In this document: positions 39,278-49,023 of the stretch, piece by piece
How positions within the stretch are numbered: the stretch's first letter is position 1
Layout: each line of letters opens with the position of its first letter
Origin: an uncultured Candidatus Saccharibacteria bacterium
GTDB taxonomy: Bacteria; Patescibacteriota; Doudnabacteria; UBA920; VMFF01
Direction of reading: 5' to 3'
DNA: 64,000 nt
Assembly (NCBI GenBank): GCA_964364285.1
Contig: CAYIKZ010000001.1
Coordinates: 17,237-81,236, forward strand
Made by a program: the position numbers and the translations under genes
The notes under the pieces: model-generated
What the model saw: only the letters and a program-made list of their open reading frames with translations
Told to the model about the DNA's origin: nothing
Database searches by the model: none

Positions 39278-39682
39278 ATGCTTTCACGTAGCGAAGAAGG
39301 GCAGCTTGGTCGTTTCTGGGGCGTGGTGTTCACCCACATCGATGAGCTTGGGGTCATGTATCGTAACCGCAGGGGCAAGGATCGTCGGCACTACAGTGAT
39401 TTTGACGTATACGAGAGCGTAGAGTTTCCTTGCGGTTGCAAGCCGCGGTCTGGTCAGAGCAGGCGCTTCCGTCTTTACGAAGACGGTGCGCTGGTCCATC
39501 ACGGATGCTCGGTGGTTTTCGTAGGTCATGACAAGGAGGGGAAGCTCAAGCAGTCGATGCTTCAGAGGGCGATCTGGACCAAGAGGTCAATCGTTTTACA
39601 GCGCGTAACAAAGCCTAGCAAGCCATCACCGCGTGTTCCGCTCTACGGACCTTACGGAAGTCCGTACTTCGTGCGTCGTTGA
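39278..39682 (+). CDS. hypothetical protein (134 aa) encoded in GC-rich island D
   Basis: GGAGG 7 nt upstream of the ATG. About 57% GC. Possible Cys/His cluster (CGC...HHGC). Confidence 0.5.
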   Translation: MLSRSEEGQLGRFWGVVFTHIDELGVMYRNRRGKDRRHYSDFDVYESVEFPCGCKPRSGQSRRFRLYEDGALVHHGCSVVFVGHDKEGKLKQSMLQRAIWTKRSIVLQRVTKPSKPSPRVPLYGPYGSPYFVRR

Positions 39683-39700
39683 AGCACAGAACAAACAACA

Positions 39701-39740
39701 ATGGTCTTAAGTCTCCCTTAGTCGGGAACTTAAGACCTTG
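39701..39740. terminator. bidirectional terminator between island D and the convergent PEGA-domain gene
   Basis: 10-bp stem GGTCTTAAGT/ACTTAAGACC flanked by A/T-rich runs. Confidence 0.55.
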
Positions 39741-39744
39741 TTTG

Positions 39745-41082
39745 TTATCTAACCTTTAATAAACTAACTGTCTCGTTGTTTAACAAGAAAATTGTTTTTG
39801 CGTCAGAATCAATGTAGAATTTAGCTTCTTTGTTTAATTCTGCAAAAGTATAATTGTTTTGATAGTCCCTGGTGTCTAATTCAATGGCTTGTAAGTGGTT
39901 GTCATTTTTGAAAAATACCCAACCAACTTGGCTGTTTCCTGAAATGTTTGATATTTCTTTAAGTGATCTTGTAATTAGTTTTGTTTCTCTGCTAGCCATG
40001 TTGTATCTGTCTATCTCATTTCCAGTGTTAAAGAAAACATCTTCATTGTTTTCAATCTGAACTTCTTCAACGTGTTCAACGATTTTTTCAAGCTCGTCAT
40101 TTAAAACATACAACGTCTTGTTTCCTAAAACAAAGAGTTGGTTGTTTTCCGTTAGATATATTTGTGCATCAACAAACGGAGGAATATTTTCAAGCAAAAT
40201 TGTTTCAGTGTAGTTTGGCATGCTTGCATGAGCCAATGATCTTCTGATACCCAGAAGAGATTCTGCGAGTTTGATATAATATATTCCAGAAGAGTTTACT
40301 TCAAATGCCAGCACGTTATCCACTACAACCTCTTTTTCGTTTTTGTTCCAATCAAGAATATATATTGAACCTTCTAGAAGCTGATACAGTTTGTTGTCTG
40401 GTGAGAACTTAAAGGTATTTTCTGATGCTTGGAATGATGTTTTTGATGAAAAAGCAGCTTGTTTTGTGGTTAATTCAGTAATATCTGTTAGCGTATTGTT
40501 TCTAGTATCTAAAACAAAGTTGTTAACCCCACTGTTTATTAAAAAGAAGTTTTCATCAGGACTTGAAAGGATTTTTCCTGCTTTGATGTTCTCTTTAAAA
40601 TTAACAGAGGTTTGTTTTTCAGGACTACTGATATCTGCAAAACTTATTTTATCTTGTTGAAGGTAGGCAATTCTTTTTTCTCCAGCAAAGAAATCTAAAG
40701 CATTTTCAGAGAGCGTTTGCTTTTCTGCGTTTGAGTAGAAAAGAAAAAGGTTGTCCGTACTTTCAAAGTTCCAAGTAACAAACTGTGATCTGACAGTTAA
40801 ACGTTTGTTCCAGTCAAAGTACCCTTGTTTTTTGATGCTTAGTTCATAATTACCTGGTTCTAAGAATCTAATGTTTTGGTTTGTTGTGCCGTGTGTTGAA
40901 CCATTAATTGTTATGCCAGCGTTCTTTGGCTCTGTCTTGATGCCTAAGATTCCGGTTTTAACAAAACGGCCATTTTTAAAGTCGTACTTTTTGCCACTGA
41001 CAAAAAGTACAATAAAAGGGGTTAAGATTATGAAAGCGAGGATTCCGCTAGCAATTAAAGAGTACCTTGGACGTGATTTCAT
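39745..41082 (-). CDS. membrane-anchored PEGA-domain protein
   Basis: N-terminal TM. PEGA-like segment GITINGSTHGTTNQNIRFLEPGNYELSIKKQGYFDWNKRLTV. Long N/S/T-rich extracytoplasmic region. Confidence 0.55.
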   Translation of the reverse strand: MKSRPRYSLIASGILAFIILTPFIVLFVSGKKYDFKNGRFVKTGILGIKTEPKNAGITINGSTHGTTNQNIRFLEPGNYELSIKKQGYFDWNKRLTVRSQFVTWNFESTDNLFLFYSNAEKQTLSENALDFFAGEKRIAYLQQDKISFADISSPEKQTSVNFKENIKAGKILSSPDENFFLINSGVNNFVLDTRNNTLTDITELTTKQAAFSSKTSFQASENTFKFSPDNKLYQLLEGSIYILDWNKNEKEVVVDNVLAFEVNSSGIYYIKLAESLLGIRRSLAHASMPNYTETILLENIPPFVDAQIYLTENNQLFVLGNKTLYVLNDELEKIVEHVEEVQIENNEDVFFNTGNEIDRYNMASRETKLITRSLKEISNISGNSQVGWVFFKNDNHLQAIELDTRDYQNNYTFAELNKEAKFYIDSDAKTIFLLNNETVSLLKVR

Positions 41083-41133
41083 AACAGTATTTTACTATGA
41101 TATAATAGCGAAGTCTAATCATTATATTATCCT

Positions 41134-42387
41134 ATGGCGATATACAAAATAACCGGGGGCAAAGAGCTTTCCGGAACAGTTACTGTAGGTGGTTCTAAGA
41201 ACGCAATTTTGCCGGCAATGTGTGCCACACTTTTGGCCGAAGAAATTTGTATCATTAGAAATGTTCCTGAAATATCCGATGTATATAATTTAAAGAGCAT
41301 ACTTGAAAATCTGGGAGCAAAGGTTACTTTTGAAGACCATGTTTTAACGATTGATAATTCAAAAGTAGATTCTTACAAACCAGAACCAGAGTTGGTAGCA
41401 AAGCTTCGTGGTTCAATTTTGTTGCTTGGTCCCTTGTTAGCACGTTTTGGAAAAGTAGTAATGCCAATTCCCGGAGGAGATTTAATCGGTAAAAGGCCGA
41501 TAGACGCGCACTTAGTTGCATTGGAAATGCTAGGTGCAAACGCCAAGATAAATGGAAATTTAGAAGTCTCTACAAAAAAACTTGTAGGAACAAACATTAT
41601 AATGGTTGAGTTAAGCGTTACTGCAACAGAAAACGCGATTATGGCAGCAGTTACAGCAGAGGGTAGTACAGTAATTCATTTGGCTGCAACCGAAGGACAC
41701 GTGCAATCTCTATGTCACATGTTGAATTCAATGGGAGCAATGATTTCGGGAATCGGAACGCATGATCTGGTTATTGCTGGTGTTAAAAAACTACACGGGA
41801 CTGACTTTAAGATTATTTATGACAATGAAGTTGCTTGTAGTTTCATAAATCTTGCAGCTGCAACAAAGAGCGAGTTAACCATTCAAAATGTTCAGCCAGA
41901 GTTTTTAGCTGCTGCTTTCATTCAGTTTATGCAGATGAATGTTAATTTTGAAGTTGGTGATACTTGGGTTAAGGTTTTGAAACCAAAAGAACCATACACA
42001 GCTTTTAAGATTACTTCTAACATATATCCAGGGTTGATGAGTGATTACATTCCTCCTTTTGCGGTTTTGGCAACACAGGCTCAAGGAACAACTCAGTTGC
42101 ATGAATGGATGTATGAAGGAAGACTAGGATATATTCACGAACTTTCAAAGATGGGCGCTAAAGCACACATCATAGATCAGCACCGCGCGGAGATTACTGG
42201 ACCAACTGAACTTTCAGGAACAAATGTTAGCTCTCTTGATGTTAGAAGCGGAATGGTTTTAGTCATTTCAGCATTGGTAGCAAAAGGACAAAGCACATTG
42301 CATGAGATTCAGCATATTGAAAGAGGATATGAAGATATTGTTAACAAACTTAAAGCAATTGGAGCGGATATAGAAAGAGTGGAATAG
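41134..42387 (+). CDS. murA: UDP-N-acetylglucosamine 1-carboxyvinyltransferase
   Basis: EPSP-synthase fold. GGSKNAILP motif and catalytic Cys region. Confidence 0.92.
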   Translation: MAIYKITGGKELSGTVTVGGSKNAILPAMCATLLAEEICIIRNVPEISDVYNLKSILENLGAKVTFEDHVLTIDNSKVDSYKPEPELVAKLRGSILLLGPLLARFGKVVMPIPGGDLIGKRPIDAHLVALEMLGANAKINGNLEVSTKKLVGTNIIMVELSVTATENAIMAAVTAEGSTVIHLAATEGHVQSLCHMLNSMGAMISGIGTHDLVIAGVKKLHGTDFKIIYDNEVACSFINLAAATKSELTIQNVQPEFLAAAFIQFMQMNVNFEVGDTWVKVLKPKEPYTAFKITSNIYPGLMSDYIPPFAVLATQAQGTTQLHEWMYEGRLGYIHELSKMGAKAHIIDQHRAEITGPTELSGTNVSSLDVRSGMVLVISALVAKGQSTLHEIQHIERGYEDIVNKLKAIGADIERVE

Positions 42388-42388
42388 T

Positions 42389-43396
42389 ATGTTTTCTAAA
42401 AAAATCGGAATTGATCTAGGCACAGCAAATACACTGGTATATCTTCCTAAAAAAGGAATCATTTTAAACGAGCCAACAGTTGTTGCGATTACTCTTGACG
42501 ACAACCGTGTTTTAGCGGTTGGTTCAGAAGCAAAAGAAATGCTTGGTAGAACTCCTGAAACAATTGTTGCATCTCGTCCAATGAGAGACGGTGTCATTGC
42601 TGATTACAGAGTTACTGAAGCAATGCTTCGATATTTCATAAACAAAGCATTGGGTAATGTTCATTTTTTCAGACCAGAAGTTATGATTTCAGTTCCTGGA
42701 GGAATTACTTCAACTGAAAGAAGAGCTGTCATAGATGCGGCAAAAGCAGCTGGTGCTAAAGAAGCCTATGTCATTAAAGAAACAGTTGCAGCAGCAATTG
42801 GCGCTGGTATTCCCATTGCTTCGGCAACAGGAAACCTAATTATTGATATTGGGGGTGGTACAACAGATGTCGCTGTGTTGTCCTTGGGTGGTATTGTTAC
42901 GTCAACTTCAGTGCGTGTTGCTGGTAACAAGATGGATCAAGCGATTATTGATTATGTAAGAAGAAAACATGGCTTAGCTATTGGTGACAGGACGGCGGAA
43001 GAGATAAAGATAAACATAGGATCAGCAACGCTTGTTGATGAAGAAGAGTCAATGGAGGTTAAAGGGAGAGATATGATTCAAGGGTTACCAAGAAGTATCA
43101 GTATTTCAACTAATGAGGTTGTCGAAGCAATTCAAGATGAATTAAGGGAAATAATAAGAGCAGTTAGAACAGTGCTTCAAGAAACTCCGCCAGAGCTTGC
43201 TTCTGATATTATTGATAAAGGGATGGTTTTAACCGGTGGCTCTTCTTTACTTAGAAACATAGATAAAATGATTTCCCAAGCAGTAGGTGTTCCGGCATAT
43301 GTAGCTGAAGACGCAATCCTTTGTGTTGCTAAAGGAACTGGTATTGCTTTAGACAACCTTGAGAGCTACAAGAAGAGTATTTTAAGCGCAAGATAA
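42389..43396 (+). CDS. mreB: rod-shape actin homolog MreB
   Basis: IGIDLGTANTLVY and DIGGGTTD actin-fold motifs. Confidence 0.9.
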   Translation: MFSKKIGIDLGTANTLVYLPKKGIILNEPTVVAITLDDNRVLAVGSEAKEMLGRTPETIVASRPMRDGVIADYRVTEAMLRYFINKALGNVHFFRPEVMISVPGGITSTERRAVIDAAKAAGAKEAYVIKETVAAAIGAGIPIASATGNLIIDIGGGTTDVAVLSLGGIVTSTSVRVAGNKMDQAIIDYVRRKHGLAIGDRTAEEIKINIGSATLVDEEESMEVKGRDMIQGLPRSISISTNEVVEAIQDELREIIRAVRTVLQETPPELASDIIDKGMVLTGGSSLLRNIDKMISQAVGVPAYVAEDAILCVAKGTGIALDNLESYKKSILSAR

Positions 43397-43478
43397 CGAA
43401 AAAAGAAGAGGTTTCCTAGTGTTGAAAAAATCGTTTTTTAATGATATGGTATATATAGTGATTTAACGAATAAACAAT

Positions 43479-43799
43479 ATGAATTTTCCTTTATTCCAAA
43501 AAAGAATAGATCAAGATGTTGTTCTCGCTCTGAGATGGAAACTACCTGAATCTTTGGAAGTAGATTTGCAAGGAGCTGAAGAGGGTGGTTTTGTTGTTTC
43601 TGTTAAAACTTTGCCAGGATGTTTTACACAAGCAGAAAATGAAAAAGAACTATTTGAAATGGTTAACAATGCAGTTCTAACATATTTACAGATACCAAAA
43701 GAGTACCAGCCGTACATGCCTTCTTTTTTCCCAAAGAACGAGGAATTAAGAAAAGCTATGCAAGCGCAAAAAGGTGTTTTGACTCTTGAAAGGGCGTAG
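43479..43799 (+). CDS. HicB-like antitoxin-domain protein
   Basis: FVVSVKTLPGCFTQAENEKELFEMVNNAVLTYLQ matches the HicB/UPF0150 N-terminal domain. Confidence 0.55.
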   Translation: MNFPLFQKRIDQDVVLALRWKLPESLEVDLQGAEEGGFVVSVKTLPGCFTQAENEKELFEMVNNAVLTYLQIPKEYQPYMPSFFPKNEELRKAMQAQKGVLTLERA

Positions 43800-43801
43800 C
43801 G

Positions 43802-44035
43802 ATGGGGAGGTTCTATTTCTCAATTAAAACCTCTAAATTAATCCGAGCTTTAAAGAAGCTCGGATTTACGATTGAGCATGGTAGTAAACATGATCTTGCG
43901 TATTTAAAGAATGGACCTAAAACTACTATTCCAAGATCCAATACCTTGAAGAAAGGAACTTCTGAGAGTATTTGTGAGTTTGTAGTAAAAGAAGCGGGTA
44001 TTTCAGAGGATAAACTTTTGGGTCTGCTGAGATAA
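43802..44035 (+). CDS. HicA-like mRNA interferase toxin
   Basis: LIRALKKLGFTIEHGSKHDLAYLKNGPKTTIPRSNTLKKGT matches the HicA/YcfA pattern (G.H..........t.vP.H..l..gt). Starts 3 nt after the hicB-like stop. Confidence 0.55.
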   Translation: MGRFYFSIKTSKLIRALKKLGFTIEHGSKHDLAYLKNGPKTTIPRSNTLKKGTSESICEFVVKEAGISEDKLLGLLR

Positions 44036-44044
44036 TATACAAAC

Positions 44045-44791
44045 GTGGTATACTCTAAGTATATGTGGAGCGTTAAAGGATACGAAAATCAAAAGCTTTT
44101 TTTAGACAATGCGTTTGTAAACAACAAGCTTGCGCATGCCTATCTTTTTACTGGTTCTGACAGAGAAACAAAAAAACAACTCGCTATTGAATTCGCAACA
44201 ATGATCCTAGGAGTTTCAGAGGAAGAGAAAGAACGTATAAACCCTGACCTCATAGTTATAGATCAAAGCAAAATGAAGATTGAGGAGATGAGAGCTTTAA
44301 TCTCTGAGCTTTCATTAAAACCTTTTAGATATCAAAAAAAGGTAGCCATAATTCAAAACTTTGAGGATGTAACAGATGAAGCAGCAAGCAGTATTTTAAA
44401 GACTCTCGAAGAGCCAAACAATAGTTCGCTAATTATACTTCTTTCAAGAAATCAGAAGTCGCTATTACCAACAATTGTTTCTAGATGTCAAAGTATATAT
44501 TTTAATATTCCAAAGCAGAAGATAGTAAACGAAAACGCAGAATCCTTGAAAGAAATATTTAAACTCCCGGTTGCTCAGAGAATTCTGAGCATAAAAGGAT
44601 ACGCTGAAAAAGAAACAGAAGAATTACAATCTTTGTTTGAGGATTGGATTAGTGTAGAACGAGAGAGTCTTCTTTCCGGAGACGCTGGAAAATACTTAAA
44701 CCTTCAGGTTTTGCTTGATTCTTTGGTTGGTTTAAAACAAAATTTAAACAAAAAATTAATATTAGAACGTTTGTTTTTAACTTTAAAATAA
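44045..44791 (+). CDS. holB: DNA polymerase III delta-prime subunit-like AAA+ protein
   Basis: AHAYLFTGSD (Walker-A-like delta-prime signature) and SRC motif. Confidence 0.6.
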   Translation: MVYSKYMWSVKGYENQKLFLDNAFVNNKLAHAYLFTGSDRETKKQLAIEFATMILGVSEEEKERINPDLIVIDQSKMKIEEMRALISELSLKPFRYQKKVAIIQNFEDVTDEAASSILKTLEEPNNSSLIILLSRNQKSLLPTIVSRCQSIYFNIPKQKIVNENAESLKEIFKLPVAQRILSIKGYAEKETEELQSLFEDWISVERESLLSGDAGKYLNLQVLLDSLVGLKQNLNKKLILERLFLTLK

Positions 44792-45829
44792 ATGAAAAAA
44801 AATATAATACTTTTTTCCGCAATCTTTTTTCTCTCAGCCAGCTGTGGCATTTTTGGCAATAGCGGTATCTTAGGAACAATGAAGTCAACTGACGGAGGCA
44901 GTTCTTGGCAACAAAGCAATGCAACTGATAAAACAACGGTTAATATTGCTGGACTTTCAGTCGCGGAGATGGGTTTTGAACCAGGCAACCACGAGGTTAT
45001 ATATTTAGCTTCTGTTAACAGCGGTCTTTGGAAATCAAGTGATAGCGCGAGAAAATGGAAGCAAATCCTTTCAAAAATAACCGCTTACGACTATTTTGTT
45101 GATCCTTCAAACACGCAGATTATTTTTGTTACTGGAATATATGGTGACCACGGTAGAATTATTCGTTCAAGGGACGGTGGTGTTACTTGGGAGGAGGTAT
45201 ACAGCGAAGCAAGCGTTAGTAACTCTGTAAATACAATCACTGCAAATCCGACAAACTCAAGAGAGATTTTTGCCGCACTCAATTCAGGCGTTTTAATTAA
45301 AAGCATAGACGGTGGAGATAGCTGGTTGGTGGTTAATGATTTTAATAATCAAATCTTGAAAGTAAGGTATATAAATAAAACAATATATGTCTTAACTAGA
45401 GCAAAAGGTTTGTACAAGAGTTTAGACAACGGTGCAAAGTGGACAAGCATAACAGACTCTTTGACTGGTTTAGGTGGAATTTCTAGTTATGTATCAAGAA
45501 CAGTTGAACAATTCTACAAAATATCCATTGATGACCAAAGCGCAGGAGTTATTTACCTAACAACCAATTCTGGGCTGTACAAAACAACTGATGATGGTAA
45601 GAATTGGCAGTTACAAAAACTGCCTGTTGAAAGCAGTGCTCCAAGAGCAATTGCTTCAACCCGAGGTGGTATGTTAGCATATACCAGCATCGGTAACACG
45701 ATTTTTAAAACGCTTGATGGTGGAAAGAGTTGGCAAACACAGTCCTTAGCAACAACAAATGTAATCAACAAGATAATTATTGATCCGTTGTTACCCCAGG
45801 TTACTTATGCTGGATTTATTGAACCATAA
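44792..45829 (+). CDS. lipoprotein with six BNR/Asp-box (S-x-D-G-G-x-x-W) repeats
   Basis: Lipobox LSASCG. Repeats STDGGSSW, SRDGGVTW, SIDGGDSW, SLDNGAKW, TTDDGKNW, TLDGGKSW. Confidence 0.65.
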   Translation: MKKNIILFSAIFFLSASCGIFGNSGILGTMKSTDGGSSWQQSNATDKTTVNIAGLSVAEMGFEPGNHEVIYLASVNSGLWKSSDSARKWKQILSKITAYDYFVDPSNTQIIFVTGIYGDHGRIIRSRDGGVTWEEVYSEASVSNSVNTITANPTNSREIFAALNSGVLIKSIDGGDSWLVVNDFNNQILKVRYINKTIYVLTRAKGLYKSLDNGAKWTSITDSLTGLGGISSYVSRTVEQFYKISIDDQSAGVIYLTTNSGLYKTTDDGKNWQLQKLPVESSAPRAIASTRGGMLAYTSIGNTIFKTLDGGKSWQTQSLATTNVINKIIIDPLLPQVTYAGFIEP

Positions 45830-45838
45830 AGGAAAATT

Positions 45839-46375
45839 ATGAATAACGAAAAATTTGATAAAGCAATAGAACACTTTAAACAAGAGCTCGGTGGTTTAAG
45901 AACTGGCAGGGCAAATCCTGCCTTGGTTGATAATGTAATGGTTGATTCATATGGTAGCAAAATGCCACTTGCTCACGTTGCATCAATTAGCATTCCAGAT
46001 GCAAAAACAATCGCCATTCAACCTTGGGACAAATCAAACATTGGTCCAATTGAAAAAGCGATCCAGGTTGCAAACATTGGTTTAAATCCAGTCAATGATG
46101 GAATCTTAATTCGTTTAAGTATTCCTTCGATGACTGAAGAGCGAAGAAAAGAAATGGTTAAACTCTTAGGACAGATTTCTGAGAAAGCAAAGATTGCAAT
46201 TAGAAATGCTCGTGAAGAAATTCTTAAGGAATATAAAAAACAACAGGACGAAGAGAACTTAACTGAAGATGATCTTGCAGGAATGAAAAAAGACCTTCAA
46301 GAGGTTGTTGATAAATACAATGAACAGGTGAAGGAAATTACCGTTGCAAAAGAAAAAGAAATAATGACAATATAG
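45839..46375 (+). CDS. frr: ribosome recycling factor
   Basis: RRF family throughout (…LRTGRANPALVDNVMVD…). Confidence 0.9.
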   Translation: MNNEKFDKAIEHFKQELGGLRTGRANPALVDNVMVDSYGSKMPLAHVASISIPDAKTIAIQPWDKSNIGPIEKAIQVANIGLNPVNDGILIRLSIPSMTEERRKEMVKLLGQISEKAKIAIRNAREEILKEYKKQQDEENLTEDDLAGMKKDLQEVVDKYNEQVKEITVAKEKEIMTI

Positions 46376-46379
46376 TTTA

Positions 46380-47462
46380 ATGATTGCTGTAATAATCTTT
46401 GTAATAATTTTGGGTTTGCTCGTGCTAGTGCACGAGTTTGGTCATTTCATAGTTGCTAAAAAAAGTGGCATGCTTGTTGAAGAGTTTGGTATTGGCTTTC
46501 CACCAAGACTTTTTAGCTTTCAAAAAGGGGAAACAAAGTATTCAATAAACCTCATCCCCCTTGGTGGTTTTGTAAAGATATTAGGAGAGAACAACAAAGA
46601 AGGCGAAAATCCAAGAAGTTTCATTAACAAATCTTTTTTCTCCCGCTTCTCAACATTAGTTGCAGGAGTTTTAATGAACTTTGTTTTGGCTTGGGTTTTG
46701 TTTTCAATCGGGTTTGGTATCGGTCTCCCCACAGTTATTCAAAGCGGAGAAGCATTGCCAAAATATGGAACGCTTCGTTCAGAAGCTGTAACTATCTTAG
46801 AGGTTGCACCTAACTCACCAGCAGAAAAAGCAGGGATAATGGCAGGTGATAACATACTCGGTGCAGATGAGTTTGTTTTAACAGGTCAGGGCGATACGTC
46901 TCTTGATCAGTTCATTGGGTATGTCAAATCAAAAGCCGGAACAGACGTTCAGATGCATGTACGCAGAGGAAGTGAAGAATTGTATTTAACAATCAACCCA
47001 AGGTTAAATCCACCACCAGAAGAAGGAGCTATTGGTATTGCTTTAGGCAATGTTGGTAAGCTTTCTTTTCCTTGGTATCTAGCTCCGGTAATGGGTCTTA
47101 AAGCAACAGGTAATGTTATTTCAGGAACAGCCAGTGCTTTTTGGAACTTAATTGCGCATGGCGATGGGCTTTCTTCAGTAGGTGGTCCTGTTAAGATCGC
47201 TTCTTTAACAGGTCAGGTCTCAAAACTTGGTTTTGCATATATTTTGCAGTTTGCAGCATTCCTTTCTGTTAACCTTGGTATTTTGAATATAATTCCGTTT
47301 CCAGCACTTGATGGTGGAAGAGTTTTGTTTCTGATCATTGAAAAGATACGTGGTAAAAGAAATAACGAAACATTTGAGCAATACGCTAATGCTATTGGTT
47401 TTGGGTTGTTAATAATGCTAATCCTTGTAATTACAGCGCGGGATATTAAAGGGTTGTTTTAA
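46380..47462 (+). CDS. rseP: RseP-type site-2 protease (M50 with PDZ)
   Basis: HEFGHF zinc motif in TM1, PDZ (LEVAPNSPAEKAGIMAGD), LDGG motif. Confidence 0.85.
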   Translation: MIAVIIFVIILGLLVLVHEFGHFIVAKKSGMLVEEFGIGFPPRLFSFQKGETKYSINLIPLGGFVKILGENNKEGENPRSFINKSFFSRFSTLVAGVLMNFVLAWVLFSIGFGIGLPTVIQSGEALPKYGTLRSEAVTILEVAPNSPAEKAGIMAGDNILGADEFVLTGQGDTSLDQFIGYVKSKAGTDVQMHVRRGSEELYLTINPRLNPPPEEGAIGIALGNVGKLSFPWYLAPVMGLKATGNVISGTASAFWNLIAHGDGLSSVGGPVKIASLTGQVSKLGFAYILQFAAFLSVNLGILNIIPFPALDGGRVLFLIIEKIRGKRNNETFEQYANAIGFGLLIMLILVITARDIKGLF

Positions 47463-47465
47463 AAA

Positions 47466-47488
47466 CTCCCCAACTGGGGAGTTTTTTT
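47466..47488. terminator. bidirectional terminator shared by convergent rseP and proS
   Basis: A5-CTCCCC-AACT-GGGGAG-T7. Confidence 0.7.
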
Positions 47489-48959
47489 AATATGTTTTTG
47501 CAAAGATTATTCTTTTCTTGGATTCACCAGAACATTTAATGCATTTTCCGGTTTCTTCTTTTTGATCAAGAGGGATGCAGCGAGTAGTTGCTTGTAGTTC
47601 GTCGTTGATTTCTTTTTCACAAGTTTCGCTTCCACACCAGTGGCTGTAAACAAACCCAGAGTTTTCTTTTTCCTGGAAGTGCTTTTTAAACTCATCCCAG
47701 TTATCAATTTCATATGAGTTTTCTTCTCTGAACTTTTTTGCTTTTGAAAAGAGATCAGTTTGTATTTGATTTAACAGGGTATTAACTTTTTCTTTAAGTT
47801 CAGAGGAAGCAACTGTGAGCTTTTTCATGGTGTCTCTTCTTGCAATAGTGACGGTATTGTTTTCAAGGTCTTTTGGACCAAGCTCGATTCTTAAAGGAAT
47901 GCCTTTCTTTTCCCACTCATTAAATTTAGATCCTGGAGTTTCGTAATCTCTTTGATCTAAGAGAATGTTTTCATCAAGAGACCTTAGTTCTTCCTGTATT
48001 GTTTTTGCAACCTCAAGAACTTTCTTAGCTTCTTCTTCATTCTTGTAAATTGGGATGATAACTATTTTAACAGGGGCAATCTTTGGGGGAACGATTAATC
48101 CAGCATCATCGCTGTGTGCCATGATTAAAGCACCAATCATTCTTGTTGATACGCCCCAACTTGTTTGCCAGACGTATTTTTCTTTGCCGTCTTTGTCTGT
48201 AAATTTAACTTCAAAAGCTTTGGCAAAGTTTTGTCCGAGGTTGTGAGATGTTCCTGTTTGTAATGCTTTTCCATCTTGCATCATTGATTCAATGCTGTAG
48301 GTCCTTAAAGCACCAGCGAATTTTTCAGATTCAGTCTTAAGGCCAGAGATTACAGGAATAGCTAGATAGTTTTCAACAAAATCTTTGTAAACACCGAGCA
48401 TTTTTTTTGTTTCTTCTTCAGCATCCTCTTCTGTTGCATGTGCTGTGTGTCCTTCTTGCCAAAGGAATTCAGTTGTTCTCAAAAAAGGCCTTGTTCTCAT
48501 TTCCCATCTAACAACGTTTGCCCACTGGTTAATTAGAAGAGGGAGGTCTCTCCAAGAGTGAATCCATCTAGAAAAAGTATCATACATTATTGTTTCAGAG
48601 GTTGGTCTAACAATTAGTTCTTCAGAAAGTTTTGATTCTGGATCAACAATGACTCCTTCAGGAGAATCTTTAAGTCGATGGTGGGTTACAATGGCGCACT
48701 CTTTAGCAAAACCTTGAATATGCTTTGCTTCTTTTGTTAGTAGTGACTTTGGAATGAAGAGAGGGAAGTAAGCATTTTTGTGCCCCGTGTCTTTTATCAT
48801 TTTGTCTAAAACCTTTTGAAAGCTTTCCCAGATTGAATATCCATATGGCTTTATGACCATGCTTCCTTTAGTTACAGAGTTTTCAGCTAGCTCTGCGACA
48901 TCAATTATGTCTAAGTACCATTGAGAATAATTTTGGTTTCTTGTTGTTATCTTTTTCAT
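47487..48959 (-). CDS. proS: prolyl-tRNA synthetase, archaeal/eukaryotic type
   Basis: N-terminal YSQWYLDII...KPYGYSIWE, class II motifs, C-terminal zinc-binding domain ending ...AKTY. Start set at MKKITTR. Confidence 0.85.
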   Translation of the reverse strand: MKKITTRNQNYSQWYLDIIDVAELAENSVTKGSMVIKPYGYSIWESFQKVLDKMIKDTGHKNAYFPLFIPKSLLTKEAKHIQGFAKECAIVTHHRLKDSPEGVIVDPESKLSEELIVRPTSETIMYDTFSRWIHSWRDLPLLINQWANVVRWEMRTRPFLRTTEFLWQEGHTAHATEEDAEEETKKMLGVYKDFVENYLAIPVISGLKTESEKFAGALRTYSIESMMQDGKALQTGTSHNLGQNFAKAFEVKFTDKDGKEKYVWQTSWGVSTRMIGALIMAHSDDAGLIVPPKIAPVKIVIIPIYKNEEEAKKVLEVAKTIQEELRSLDENILLDQRDYETPGSKFNEWEKKGIPLRIELGPKDLENNTVTIARRDTMKKLTVASSELKEKVNTLLNQIQTDLFSKAKKFREENSYEIDNWDEFKKHFQEKENSGFVYSHWCGSETCEKEINDELQATTRCIPLDQKEETGKCIKCSGESKKRIIFAKTY

Positions 48960-49023
48960 ATTGCAATTATACCGAAAATATGGGTTTTGCAAAAGCCGGT
49001 TATTCAGTTAAAATATATTAGTT

